Counted from the first letter of the stretch, positions 28,641 through 38,619 are shown. The stretch is DNA of 64,000 bases from Sphingomonadales bacterium (GCA_031406495.1 JANOHL010000061.1:202-64201), one strand, 5' to 3'. The notes: generated from the letters alone by a model not told the origin. Numbers and translations are program-made.

Positions 28641-29525
28641 TTAGGCATTGGAGAGCGAAATGCCAAGCGGAAGCGCGCCATTTCGCAAATTCGCCAATAG
28701 TGTCGGTCCGTCCTCACCCGCTTCCCGCAGCACTGCCAAGGCAGGCGATGATTTGCTTTTCGCCAGTTTCTCGCCCGACCCGTCGAGCAACAAGGGATGA
28801 TGCCAATAGACGGGCTCAGGCAGCCCGAGCAGTTCCTGAAGCAACCGGTGGATCGCGGTGTAGGCAAACAGGTCTTTGCCGCGCACGACGTGGCCGATGC
28901 CGTCTGCTGCGTCATCGACCGTGGCCGCGAGATGATAGGAAGCAGGCGCGTCCTTGCGCCACAGCACGACATCGCCAAACAGCATGGGGTCGGCATGCTG
29001 CTCGCCCACCGCCAGATCGGTCCAGCACAGCGGGCCGGCCAGCTCCACAGCTTTGGCCATATCCAGCCGCCAGCTATGCGGCGTGTCGTCGGCGACGTCA
29101 CGCCCGCGGCAAGTCCCGGGATATTGTGGCCCATCGGGGCCGTGCGGGACCGTTGTCAGTTTCAGCGCCGCCGTAATGTCGCCTCGCGAACAGTTGCAGC
29201 GATAAACGATGCCCATATCTTTCAGACATTCAAGCGCATCCACATAGCGCGCGACGTTGGCCGACTGATACTGAACCAGCCCATCCCATTGCAGCCCAAG
29301 CCATTTCAGATCGATCAATATCCCCCGGACATGCTCCGCCCGGCTGCGCGTACCGTCAATGTCTTCGATCCGCAGATGAAACGCGCCATCGTGCGCCTTG
29401 GCAAAATCATGCGCGCACATTGCCGAAAAAGCGTGACCCAAATGCAGCGCGCCGTTGGGACTGGGCGCAAACCGCGTGTACGGCGCGCCCTGTTTCCCAA
29501 AATCCACAGTCGGCAAAGATACCAT
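28641..29525 (-). CDS. gluQ: tRNA glutamyl-Q(34) synthetase
   Basis: RFAPSPNGALHLGH (HIGH-like), RIEDID, KLAKS; lacks the anticodon-binding domain. Confidence 0.9.
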   Translation of the reverse strand: MVSLPTVDFGKQGAPYTRFAPSPNGALHLGHAFSAMCAHDFAKAHDGAFHLRIEDIDGTRSRAEHVRGILIDLKWLGLQWDGLVQYQSANVARYVDALECLKDMGIVYRCNCSRGDITAALKLTTVPHGPDGPQYPGTCRGRDVADDTPHSWRLDMAKAVELAGPLCWTDLAVGEQHADPMLFGDVVLWRKDAPASYHLAATVDDAADGIGHVVRGKDLFAYTAIHRLLQELLGLPEPVYWHHPLLLDGSGEKLAKSKSSPALAVLREAGEDGPTLLANLRNGALPLGISLSNA

Positions 29526-29643
29526 ATTTAGTGTCCATACCCTCTTGACGTCACAATATCCGCAAATAGGTTGGCGAATGTCAAAATGCTGTAACGCCGA
29601 TAGGCTTAAACCGCTATGACAACAGAGGGAGAAGGTCGAAGCA

Positions 29644-30228
29644 ATGTTGCACACCGGAACTTTCGAAGCAGCGGGACGGGCGCGGCATCCGGAAAATTGC
29701 CCTGCGCTGGTGCTGAACGCCGATTATACACCGCTTAGCTATTATCCGCTGAGCCTGTGGCCGTGGCAGACCGCGATCAAGGCGGTGTTCCTCGACAAGG
29801 TCGATATCGTCTCAAGCTATGACCGGCATGTGCACAGCCCGAGCGTCGATATGCAAATCCCGTCGGTTATCGCGCTGCGCCAATATGTGAAGCCATCCGA
29901 ATATCCGGCGTTTACGCGGTTCAATCTGTTCCTGCGCGACAAGTTCGAATGCCAATATTGCGGGTGCGCCGACAACCTGACCTTCGATCACATCGTCCCG
30001 CGCCGTCTGGGCGGCCGGACAAGCTGGGAAAACGTCACGACCGCGTGCCTGCCCTGCAATTTGAAGAAGGGCGGTCGCACGCCCAAGCAAGCGCATATGC
30101 AACTGAATATGGCCGCAATCCGCCCGACCAGTTGGCAGTTACAAGACAAAGGCCGCGCCTTTCCGCCGAACCATCTGCACGAAACTTGGCATGACTGGTT
30201 GTATTGGGATATCGAACTGGAGGCTTGA
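29644..30228 (+). CDS. HNH endonuclease (conserved alphaproteobacterial McrA-like)
   Basis: CQYCG...TFDHIVP...GG...WENVTTAC..CN..KG. Confidence 0.9.
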   Translation: MLHTGTFEAAGRARHPENCPALVLNADYTPLSYYPLSLWPWQTAIKAVFLDKVDIVSSYDRHVHSPSVDMQIPSVIALRQYVKPSEYPAFTRFNLFLRDKFECQYCGCADNLTFDHIVPRRLGGRTSWENVTTACLPCNLKKGGRTPKQAHMQLNMAAIRPTSWQLQDKGRAFPPNHLHETWHDWLYWDIELEA

Positions 30229-30231
30229 GGG

Positions 30232-30771
30232 CTACTCTGTAACCGTCAACGCCGGAACCGCCCTTGCCGCATCCTCCGGCGTAATCCCCGGCGGTGGCGC
30301 GGCGGCGATGCGCTCTTCGCCCCGAATCACGCGACCTGCGCGCTTGATGGCATCGCGTAGACGCGGATAGACGCCGCAGCGGCATAGGTTCGTTATTGCG
30401 GCGTCGATTTCCGCGTCGGTCGGGTTGCTGCTTTTCTTGAGCAAGACTGACGCCGCCATGATGATACCGGGTATGCAGAACCCGCATTGCGGCACGTTGG
30501 AGCCGACGAACGCCTGTTGCAACGGATGGCTGCGGTCGCGGCTCAAGCCTTCGATCGTGGTGACAAACCGCCCCTCGGCCTCGGCTATTGTGACCAGACA
30601 CGACCGGATCGCCTCACCATCGATTTCGACCATACAGGCGCCACAATCGCCGGTGCCGCAACCATATTTGGTTCCGGTTAGATTCGACGCATCGCGCAGC
30701 GCCCACAATAAAGGCGTTGCCGGGTCCATCTTGTAACGGACCGGGCGGTCATTGACGGTGAATTTGGTCAT
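30232..30771 (-). CDS. (2Fe-2S)-binding protein, IorA/CoxS-like small subunit
   Basis: GTKYGCGTGDCGAC, QCGFCIPG and NLCRCG. Confidence 0.92.
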   Translation of the reverse strand: MTKFTVNDRPVRYKMDPATPLLWALRDASNLTGTKYGCGTGDCGACMVEIDGEAIRSCLVTIAEAEGRFVTTIEGLSRDRSHPLQQAFVGSNVPQCGFCIPGIIMAASVLLKKSSNPTDAEIDAAITNLCRCGVYPRLRDAIKRAGRVIRGEERIAAAPPPGITPEDAARAVPALTVTE

Positions 30772-30802
30772 GCAACGGTGCTAGACTCTAAGCCCACTGC
30801 AA

Positions 30803-31567
30803 TCAATCCCGCCAGCTCGAATCCATCCGGTCGACCTTGCGCACCATCGCGTCGAATTCGGCACGGCCCGAACCGCCAGGGATTTGCGTCATATACAAGT
30901 CGCGCTGATGCACCGCGATCACATCTTGCCCAACCATTATCGGCTGCCCCATGCTCATCGTCGCGAGCTGGTGCTCGCAGGCGCGCTGCAGCGCCCAATA
31001 TTTGATGAACGCGTCTGGCAAACTCTTGCCCATCACCACGGGTCCATGATTTTTGAGCATCAATATCCGTTTGTCGCCCAAATTCTCGACCAACCGAACG
31101 CCCTCTTCCTCGCGCACCGTCACGCCCTCAAAATCATGATAGGCCAGTTGCCCCATGAAATTGCAGGCGTAGAAGTTGGTCGGCTGCAACCCGCCTTCGA
31201 GCGAACAGACCGCCACCGTCGCGGTGGTATGTGTATGGATAATCGCGTGCGCATCGGGCAGCGTGCGGTGGAACAGGCTGTGCTGGACAAACCCCGCCTT
31301 GTTCACATGCCACGGATTGTCAGCGTCCAATTTGTTGCCGTCGATGTCGATCTTGATCAGGCTCGATGCGGTCACTTCGCTAAAATGCATGCCGTAAGGA
31401 TTGATCAGGAACGCGCCTTCCTGATCGTCGAGCTTTACCGTGATGTGGTTGTAGATCATTTCGTCCCAACCCATCATCGCGAAAATACGGTAACAAGCCG
31501 CGAGTTCCTGCCTAGCGGTCCATTCGGTCTCACTATACGGGCTGTTGTGTCTGAGTTGCGTCGCCAT
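30803..31567 (-). CDS. Class II aldolase/adducin family protein
   Basis: IYNHIT, NPYG, IHTHT and LKNHG motifs. Confidence 0.9.
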   Translation of the reverse strand: MATQLRHNSPYSETEWTARQELAACYRIFAMMGWDEMIYNHITVKLDDQEGAFLINPYGMHFSEVTASSLIKIDIDGNKLDADNPWHVNKAGFVQHSLFHRTLPDAHAIIHTHTTATVAVCSLEGGLQPTNFYACNFMGQLAYHDFEGVTVREEEGVRLVENLGDKRILMLKNHGPVVMGKSLPDAFIKYWALQRACEHQLATMSMGQPIMVGQDVIAVHQRDLYMTQIPGGSGRAEFDAMVRKVDRMDSSWRD

Positions 31568-31788
31568 CGGGATAATCCTCTTTTTATTCTGCTTGGGTTG
31601 CATTATGAAATGAAAGTGCGCGGTGGGCAAGAGGGCGAAAAAGCGCCATTTCTGCTTGATATTCGCGTGAAGCGACGCTAAGGCGCGCTGCGATACGCCG
31701 CTTTCATGTGCGGCGCTTTTTGTTTTTAGCCTTACAAAATGGCGGTTTTCAGTCATTTTGCCGATTCGATTGCGGAGTTGAGTTTTTT

Positions 31789-31995
31789 ATGCAGATCATG
31801 GTTCGCGACAATAATGTTGATCAGGCCCTACGCGCGCTGAAGAAGAAGTTGCAGCGTGAAGGCGTGTACCGCGAAATGAAGCTGCGTCGTCATTTCGAAA
31901 AGCCTTCGGAAAAGCGCGCCCGTGAAAAGGCCGCCGCTGTCCGCCGCGCCCGCAAGATGGAGCGCAAGCAACAGGAACGTGACGGCGCGAAATAG
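31789..31995 (+). CDS. rpsU: 30S ribosomal protein S21
   Basis: [25 protein letters not shown]...EKPSEKR. Confidence 0.97.
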   Translation: MQIMVRDNNVDQALRALKKKLQREGVYREMKLRRHFEKPSEKRAREKAAAVRRARKMERKQQERDGAK

Positions 31996-32110
31996 GCGCT
32001 GATGCATCCGACAAAGGGAGCGCCCCGCGATGGGCGCTTTTTTTGTATCTGGAATCCAGTGCGCTTTCTGCTAGTGAGCGCGCAATCTTACCCGACAGGA
32101 AATCCCCCAT

Positions 32111-32743
32111 ATGTCCGTTACCGCTGTTCCGATCCAACCCATCCAAAAGGGCTCGCTGCTGAAATACTGGATCGGTATTGCGCTCGTTCTGGCTGTGGCG
32201 GCGGGGCTCGCCTATTGGGGAACGGCTGGCGTGCGTAAGGAATATGGCGACGTCGTCACCACTGCATCGGGCCTGAAATACAAAATCGTCAAGGGCGGCG
32301 AAGGCAAATCGCCGACCGACGACGATGTTGTGCTGGTCAAATATACCGGCACGTTGAAAGACGGCACTATCTTCGACAAAAACGATCAGGCTGGGTTTCC
32401 GGTGAGCGGCGTGGTTCCGGGCTTTTCGGAAGGCCTGAAGATCATGCAGCGCGGTGGACAATATCGCCTGTGGATACCGTCAGAGCTGGGTTACGGTCCG
32501 CAAGACCAGAAGAACCCGCAAACCGGCGAAGTCGCGATCCCCGGCGGCAGCGACCTGATCTTCGACGTTGAACTGCTCGAATATAAATCACGCGCCGAAA
32601 TCGAGGCGATGCAACGCCAGATGCAGGAAATGCAGAAGCAGCAAGGCGGAGCCGCTGCCGGTGCACCGCAAGGCCTGCCTCCCGAAATCCAGCAGCAAAT
32701 TGACCAGCAGATGCAGCAACAGGGGCAAGCGCCGGGGCAGTAA
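32111..32743 (+). CDS. FKBP-type peptidyl-prolyl isomerase with N-terminal TM and Gln-rich tail
   Basis: TASGLKY, V.VKY.G.L.DG..FD, VVPGFSEGL, IPSELGYG and LIFDVELL. Confidence 0.93.
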   Translation: MSVTAVPIQPIQKGSLLKYWIGIALVLAVAAGLAYWGTAGVRKEYGDVVTTASGLKYKIVKGGEGKSPTDDDVVLVKYTGTLKDGTIFDKNDQAGFPVSGVVPGFSEGLKIMQRGGQYRLWIPSELGYGPQDQKNPQTGEVAIPGGSDLIFDVELLEYKSRAEIEAMQRQMQEMQKQQGGAAAGAPQGLPPEIQQQIDQQMQQQGQAPGQ

Positions 32744-32748
32744 ATGCG

Positions 32749-32895
32749 TCACGCGACACGTCGCCGCAATTGAAACTTTGCTCGCCGATTATTTTGGCTG
32801 CGCTCTTTGATCCACAGGGCTTCTTCGCCTTCGGGCGGTGGGCTTCTCAAACAATCTTTGCGGGGCGTTTGATCGTCGGGCATTGTGTTCTCCAT
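32749..32895 (-). CDS. Possible small protein (48 aa)
   Basis: Manual translation MENTMPDDQTPRKDCLRSPPPEGEEALWIKERSQNNRRAKFQLRRRVA*; fills the gap downstream of the fumarase, below the track cutoff. Confidence 0.4.
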   Translation of the reverse strand: MENTMPDDQTPRKDCLRSPPPEGEEALWIKERSQNNRRAKFQLRRRVA

Positions 32896-32974
32896 TGAAG
32901 AACAGTTCCTGTATGTACATTCCCGAGTGAGTTGAATCGCTGCGGAGGGACGTACCCGCTAAAGCCTCCAGAAA

Positions 32975-34498
32975 TCAGGCTTTCTCCAACAACCCCTCAT
33001 CCTTAATCCGCTTCTGCCATAACGCCGGGGCCAACTGATGCACATTCGCCCCCTCGCTATCGACCGCCACCGTCACCGGGAAATCGGCGACTTCAAACTC
33101 GTAAATCGCTTCCATGCCCAAATCTTCAAACCCGACAACCTTGCTGCCCTTAATCGCCCGCGCCACCAGATATGCCGCACCGCCGACTGCCATCAAATAA
33201 GCGCTCTTGTGCTTTGCGATGCTCTGCGTTGCCGCCGCCCCACGTTCGGCCTTGCCGACGCAGGCCATCAGGCCTTGTTCGAGCATCATGTCCATAAACT
33301 TGTCCATGCGGGTGGCGGTGGTCGGGCCAGCCGGGCCGACGACTTCTTCGCCGACCGGATCGACCGGACCGACATAATAGATGACGCGGCCTTTGAAGGT
33401 GACCGGCAATTCCTCGCCCTTTGCCAGCATGTCGGCGATGCGTTTGTGCGCGGCATCGCGGCCGGTGAGCATCTTGCCACTCAAGAGCAATCGGTCGCCC
33501 TGCTTCCACCCCTGCACATCTGCGTGGGTCAGCATGTCGAGGTCAACACGCTTCGCCGCCGCATCCGGCTGCCAGTTCACATCGGGCCATTCGTCAAGCT
33601 TGGGTGCCTCCAAAAACACCGGTCCCGAACCATCCAGCGTGAAATGCGCATGGCGGGTCGCGGCGCAATTGGGAATCATCGCCACCGGCTTACCTGCGGC
33701 ATGACACGGCGCGTCCATGATCTTCACGTCGAGGATGGTCGAAAGCCCGCCCAACCCCTGCGCGCCGATGCCGAGTGCATTCACTTTGTCGAAAATCTCG
33801 ATGCGCATCGCCTCGATATCATTTTGTGGCCCGCGTGCTTTTAACGGCCCCATGTCGATGGGCTCCATCAGCGCCTGCTTGGCCAACGACACGCAATGTT
33901 CCGCCGTCCCGCCGATGCCGATGCCCAGCATCCCCGGCGGACACCAGCCTGCGCCCATTTGCGGCAGCATTTCGAGCACCCAATCGACGATATTGTCCGA
34001 TGGATTCATCATCTTGAACTTGGATTTATTTTCGGAGCCACCACCCTTGGCTGCGACATCGACCGAAACCTTCGCACCCGGCACCATTTCGACATGCAGC
34101 ACGCAGGGCGTATTATCCTTGGTATTCCGCCTGGTGAAGGCGGGGTCGGCCAGTACCGATGCGCGCAGCTTGTTATCTGGGTGGAGATAGGCGCGGCGTA
34201 CGCCTTCGTCGACGACCTCTTGCAGCGACCTCGATGTGTCGTCGAGGCGGCAGTCCATTCCCCATTTGACGAAAACATTGACGATCCCGGTGTCCTGACA
34301 GATCGGACGATGCCCCTCGGCGCACATCCGGCTGTTGGTCAGGATTTGCGCGATGGCGTCCTTGGCAGCGGGGCTTTGCTCGGCCTCATACGCATCGCCC
34401 AGCGCGCGGATATAATCCATCGGGTGGAAGTAGCTGATATATTGCAATGCGTCGGCGACGCTCTCGATCAGGTCGGCCTCACGGATAGTGACGGTCAT
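32975..34498 (-). CDS. fumA: Class I fumarate hydratase (Fe-S)
   Basis: CQDTG, KGGGSEN, GWCPP and GPTTATRMD motifs. Confidence 0.94.
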   Translation of the reverse strand: MTVTIREADLIESVADALQYISYFHPMDYIRALGDAYEAEQSPAAKDAIAQILTNSRMCAEGHRPICQDTGIVNVFVKWGMDCRLDDTSRSLQEVVDEGVRRAYLHPDNKLRASVLADPAFTRRNTKDNTPCVLHVEMVPGAKVSVDVAAKGGGSENKSKFKMMNPSDNIVDWVLEMLPQMGAGWCPPGMLGIGIGGTAEHCVSLAKQALMEPIDMGPLKARGPQNDIEAMRIEIFDKVNALGIGAQGLGGLSTILDVKIMDAPCHAAGKPVAMIPNCAATRHAHFTLDGSGPVFLEAPKLDEWPDVNWQPDAAAKRVDLDMLTHADVQGWKQGDRLLLSGKMLTGRDAAHKRIADMLAKGEELPVTFKGRVIYYVGPVDPVGEEVVGPAGPTTATRMDKFMDMMLEQGLMACVGKAERGAAATQSIAKHKSAYLMAVGGAAYLVARAIKGSKVVGFEDLGMEAIYEFEVADFPVTVAVDSEGANVHQLAPALWQKRIKDEGLLEKA

Positions 34499-34797
34499 CA
34501 ATTTGGCGCTCCTGACAGGGTGAGCCCCGCCCCTATCCAATGCCCGCGCCAAATTCAACTCGGCCAAGGAACAATAGACGGTGCTTCCGATTTACATCGG
34601 CAAACTCCGCTATCTGCATCATGAAGGAGGCATGTTTTGCATTATCAGTATTAATAGTGTAAGCAGACAGGGCTAACGTCGTTTGCGACGGATACGGGGC
34701 TCTATTATGGCTCCCTTTGTCCCTTTCTAAACTCGTCGAAGCCAGGATGAGCTGCTTTTGGCCCATGCCTGTACTAAATTGGGCAAAGGATACCCAT

Positions 34798-35004
34798 ATG
34801 ACTATCGGAACAGTAAAATTTTTCAACGCGGACAAGGGCTATGGCTTTATCGCACCTGAAAGCGGCGGCGAAGATGCATTCGTGCATATTTCGGCTGTTG
34901 AACGCGCAGGCATGAGCACGCTCGATAAGGACCAACGCGTTTCTTACGATCTTGAAAAAGACCAACGCGGCAAGATGTCGGCTGTGAATATCGCAGCTGC
35001 TTAA
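34798..35004 (+). CDS. cspA: Cold-shock protein
   Basis: GTVKFFN..KGYGFI and DAFVHIS. Confidence 0.95.
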   Translation: MTIGTVKFFNADKGYGFIAPESGGEDAFVHISAVERAGMSTLDKDQRVSYDLEKDQRGKMSAVNIAAA

Positions 35005-35016
35005 TTGCTAAGATTA

Positions 35017-35052
35017 GGGTGCGGACGGCCAACGGGTTGTCCGCACCCTTTT
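35017..35052 (+). terminator. Intrinsic terminator
   Basis: GGGTGCGGAC..GTCCGCACCC plus T-run. Confidence 0.8.
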
Positions 35053-35088
35053 CATTTGTGAATTGCAAACAGGAAAATGTTACCCAAT

Positions 35089-35412
35089 ATGGCTTCGTAT
35101 AAAGACCCCGGCTTTCAGGAACGCACTGCTCTCGCCAAAGCGGCCAAGTTGAAAGCACTCCAGCAATTGAAGGCCAAACCGAAGGTCGACCCTGCCGTCG
35201 CAGCAGAGCGCGCTGCTGCTGCTGCTGCGAAAGAAGCCGCCGCCGCCGCCGCCCGCGCCGAGAAAATCGCCGCGCGCGAAGCCGAAAAGGCCGCGAAAAA
35301 GGCTGAAGCCGACGCTAAGGCCGCATTCGAGGCAGCTCAGCCAGCGCTGACCGCTGCCGAACAAAAGGCCGCGCGCGATGCGCGTTACGCCGCCCGCAAA
35401 AACCGCAAATAA
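35089..35412 (+). CDS. Ala/Lys-rich small protein (DUF6481-like)
   Basis: F.ER...A..AK and KAARDARYAARK motifs; often next to cold-shock genes. Confidence 0.75.
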   Translation: MASYKDPGFQERTALAKAAKLKALQQLKAKPKVDPAVAAERAAAAAAKEAAAAAARAEKIAAREAEKAAKKAEADAKAAFEAAQPALTAAEQKAARDARYAARKNRK

Positions 35413-35436
35413 CACGCGCCGCGATCGGTCAACCCG

Positions 35437-36111
35437 TTGATCCCGCGTAGACTTCTCGACACCGCAGAGATACCGGGCAGCAATGAAACGCTCCGCCTGA
35501 TCCAGCGCGGAGCCGAGTTTTCGATCATGCTCGGTGCCAACGAGTTGATGAACAGCCGCCTCAGTGGTTCGGAAGAAGCGCTGGCGACATTGGCATGCGC
35601 CAAGATCGCTTCGCGTCCAATGCCTCACGTTTTGATTGGTGGGCTCGGCATGGGATTTACCCTGCGCGCCGCATTGGCGGTTCTTGCGCATGACGCTCAG
35701 GTGACCGTCGCCGAACTGGTGCCGGCGGTCGTCCTATGGGCAAAAGGCCCGATGGCCGAACTGCACAGCGACAGCATAGATGACCCGCGCACCCGTATCG
35801 TTCTGGATGACGTTGCGGCCTGCATTTGGGCAGCCAAATCGGATTACGATGCAATTTTGCTCGATGTCGATAACGGCCCCGATGGCCTGACCGCGGATGC
35901 AAACGATCATCTCTACAGCGCGGAAGGACTTGCCGCAGCAAAGACTGCGCTCCGTCCGGGCGGGGTGTTGGCCGTATGGTCGGCAGCGCGAGACGCCAAA
36001 TTTGCATCTCGCCTGCGAAATGCCGGATTCAGCGTCGATGAGGTGCCAGTCAGAGCAAACAAGGGCAAATCCGGTTCGCGGCATATCATATGGCTGGGTG
36101 TCAATTTATAA
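35437..36111 (+). CDS. SAM-dependent methyltransferase, spermidine-synthase-like
   Basis: LIGGLGMGFT, YDAILLDVDNGP and LAVWS. Confidence 0.85.
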   Translation: MIPRRLLDTAEIPGSNETLRLIQRGAEFSIMLGANELMNSRLSGSEEALATLACAKIASRPMPHVLIGGLGMGFTLRAALAVLAHDAQVTVAELVPAVVLWAKGPMAELHSDSIDDPRTRIVLDDVAACIWAAKSDYDAILLDVDNGPDGLTADANDHLYSAEGLAAAKTALRPGGVLAVWSAARDAKFASRLRNAGFSVDEVPVRANKGKSGSRHIIWLGVNL

Positions 36112-36377
36112 GGCAACATTCTCCCGTTCATCTGGCGTTAAAGTAATAATTGACGCGATTTGCGGCACTTTGTCGCATTATTTACACAACAAAGCGGCCA
36201 AGCGAACCCGTTTTACTGTCAGGCTGATAGTATGATTTTTTTGGGGGTGAAACTTTTGTGCAACATCGCCATTTATATTACGAGCCGACACCAAAGGCTT
36301 TAGACAGATCTAAATAACTGTCAGTTTTTATGAGACTTCTGCGGATATTTCGCGGGTCGCAACATAAGGAGAATCAC

Positions 36378-36842
36378 ATGTCCCGTTTATTGACCATCAC
36401 AAGCGCACTGGCGCTGGCCGTAGCCACTCCCGCCGTAGCACAGCAGGCGGATCCGATGGCACAGCCACCTGTGCCAGAGTCGCCGGTTGCAGCTCAGCCG
36501 GAAACTATGCCAGCCCCGGCACTTATCGAGCCTTCGGCCCAACCGGCGACACCTGCGCCCGCAGCGCCAGCCGCTGCTCCCTCGCAGGAAACCCAGGTAG
36601 CAGCGCTGGTTGAAACCGAATTCCCGAGCTACGATGCCGACAAGACCGGCGAGCTTAGCCAACCCGAGTTTACTACATGGGTATTGGCGCTTCAGGCAAA
36701 GGCGGCAGAAGTTGATGCCAATGCCAAGAAGTTGGATGACGCTGCCAAAGCCAAATGGGCAAAGGCTGCTTTTGCATCGGCTGACGCCGACAAGAGCAAA
36801 AAGATCAGCAAGGCAGAAATGGGCAAGTTCCTGCTTGGCTAA
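36378..36842 (+). CDS. Secreted Pro/Ala-rich EF-hand protein
   Basis: Signal peptide; DADKTGELSQPEF and DADKSKKISKAEM loops. Confidence 0.82.
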   Translation: MSRLLTITSALALAVATPAVAQQADPMAQPPVPESPVAAQPETMPAPALIEPSAQPATPAPAAPAAAPSQETQVAALVETEFPSYDADKTGELSQPEFTTWVLALQAKAAEVDANAKKLDDAAKAKWAKAAFASADADKSKKISKAEMGKFLLG

Positions 36843-36878
36843 ATGGTAAGATCGTCAGCAAATGCTGATTGATCAAGG

Positions 36879-36910
36879 CGGGTCCGGATGATTTCCGGAC
36901 CCGTTTCTTT
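36879..36910 (+). terminator. Intrinsic terminator
   Basis: CGGGTCCGGA..TCCGGACCCG plus T-run. Confidence 0.75.
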
Positions 36911-36956
36911 TGCGCGGGTGCGAATGGGGACAGCTGGCTGCCCATATTCATCCGCG

Positions 36957-37301
36957 TCATTTTTTATCGGCGATGCGGACCCCTGATAGGGGCGTCGCGC
37001 GCGATATTGCCGCAGCAGCCTCGGCCGACGTGCGATGCTTATTATCCCGGTAGCAGCGGTTCACCTTGTTCTGTCCGGTCAAATCCGAGGACGAAGCCGT
37101 GCCACAGACATTTTCGACCGCGACGCGTACCCGGCGCTTGAGTTCAGAGGCGCCCTTTTTGGTTCCAAGGTCGATATCGGAATAGGATATGATCTGCGAC
37201 CGGACGACGGACGACGACTGCGCTGCGGTGTCTTGAGCAGATACGGCAGAGGTGGCGAAGGCGGCGGCGAGACCGGCGAGTATCAGTAGCTTTTTCATCA
37301 T
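36957..37301 (-). CDS. UrcA family secreted protein
   Basis: Signal peptide; YSDIDL...G...L..RV..A...VCG...CY pattern. Confidence 0.82.
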   Translation of the reverse strand: MMKKLLILAGLAAAFATSAVSAQDTAAQSSSVVRSQIISYSDIDLGTKKGASELKRRVRVAVENVCGTASSSDLTGQNKVNRCYRDNKHRTSAEAAAAISRATPLSGVRIADKK

Positions 37302-37397
37302 GCATCTCCACGGCCGGCCAAGGGGAGAGAGATTGCCGACCTGGATTCCAGATAATCTCTGGCTCAGCACAAAAAGAGCCACGATGTTGCGCACCCA

Positions 37398-37415
37398 TTC
37401 TGCAAAAGTGCAGAA
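37398..37415. promoter_or_regulatory. Perfect palindrome between the divergent urcA-like and LysR genes, putative operator
   Basis: TTCTGCA-AAAG-TGCAGAA. Confidence 0.5.
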
Positions 37416-37449
37416 TGCACAAATTCATGTTAGGTGGCACGGACTAGCT

Positions 37450-38334
37450 ATGTTCAACTGGAATGATCTCAAGGCCTTTCTCGCCGTCGCGGAAACGGGC
37501 AGCACGCTTTCCGCCGCGCAGGCGCTGCGCGTCAGCCAGACCACGATCGCACGCCGTGTCGCTGCACTTGAAGATGCCATCGGGCTCAGCCTGTTCGAGC
37601 GACGGCAGGCGGGCTATGCGCTCACCCCGGTGGGCGACACGATGCTGGCTCATGCCCTTGCGGTTCGCACCGCCGCCAACCGTTTTGACGAGGTCGCTGG
37701 CGCGCAGGCGCGCGATATCAGCGGCACGGTCCGGCTGTCCACATTGGAGATCGTCGCGGTCACCGTGCTCGCGCCGGTCCTACGCAACCTGCACGCCGCG
37801 CATCCGGAGATCCATATCGAACTCGATACCACCGACGAGTCGCGCGACCTTGCCGCAGGCGCGGTAGATATTGCCCTGCGCAGCACCAGCGAGCCCAAAG
37901 GCGGCGGGCTGGTTGGCCGGCGGATCGCCGCCAATCCGTGGACGCTCTATTGCAGCCGCGATTATGCCGCGACGCGCGGCATTCCGAAGACACGGGCCGA
38001 ACTGGCGCTCCATCCCTTCATCGGTGGCGGTGGCGGCATGTGGCCGCCGTATCGCGCTTGGCTGCAACGCCATGGGCTGGAGGATGCGGTCGTGCTGCAC
38101 CATAATTCGGCGGCCGGCCTGTTGTCCGGCGTCCGCTCGGGGCTGGGGCTTGCGGTGCTGCCCGGCTTTGTTGCCGACCGCGACCCCGAACTCGTCCGCT
38201 GCCTGCCGCCAAAGGAGGGCGACTCGACGGGCATGTGGCTGCTGACACACGAACGCCTGCGCCACGAGCCACGCGTGCGCGCAGTGCTCGACTTCCTCGC
38301 CCAGGAACTGTCCGCGCTCGACCGCAAGCGATGA
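37450..38334 (+). CDS. LysR family transcriptional regulator
   Basis: NWNDLKAFLAVAETGS..AA..L..SQ.T..RR HTH, LTPVG and DIALR. Confidence 0.94.
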   Translation: MFNWNDLKAFLAVAETGSTLSAAQALRVSQTTIARRVAALEDAIGLSLFERRQAGYALTPVGDTMLAHALAVRTAANRFDEVAGAQARDISGTVRLSTLEIVAVTVLAPVLRNLHAAHPEIHIELDTTDESRDLAAGAVDIALRSTSEPKGGGLVGRRIAANPWTLYCSRDYAATRGIPKTRAELALHPFIGGGGGMWPPYRAWLQRHGLEDAVVLHHNSAAGLLSGVRSGLGLAVLPGFVADRDPELVRCLPPKEGDSTGMWLLTHERLRHEPRVRAVLDFLAQELSALDRKR

Positions 38335-38573
38335 ATCAGGATTCTTTTTGAGCGATTGATCCACAGCATATTGCGTCGCCCCGATCGCGCCAGAGCAATT
38401 TTCAATTAATTTTTCCTCTCGTCGCTTTCCATCTTGCGCCCGAAAAAATGCCTAGCAACTCCACGCGTCGCTGCGTTGCAGCACCGTCAGGCGTGCGACG
38501 AGAGGAATCACAATAGCGACGAATGGAATGGTAAATTAACGATTTACCCTCTTGCGTTCGAAAATGATTGAGG

Positions 38574-38619
38574 CACTATAGGTAGCGGTTGGCCGTAGGG
38601 GGCATCACCACACATTGTG
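38574..38619 (+). promoter_or_regulatory. Tandem NrdR boxes
   Basis: CACTATAGGTAGCG (38574-38587) and CACCACACATTGTG (38606-38619), starts 32 bp apart, upstream of nrdA; fits the known paired NrdR-box arrangement. Confidence 0.72.

Noticed and set aside
29644-30228. Homing endonuclease or defence nuclease
   Set aside because: Native composition and core-gene context; resembles a widely conserved alphaproteobacterial HNH protein.
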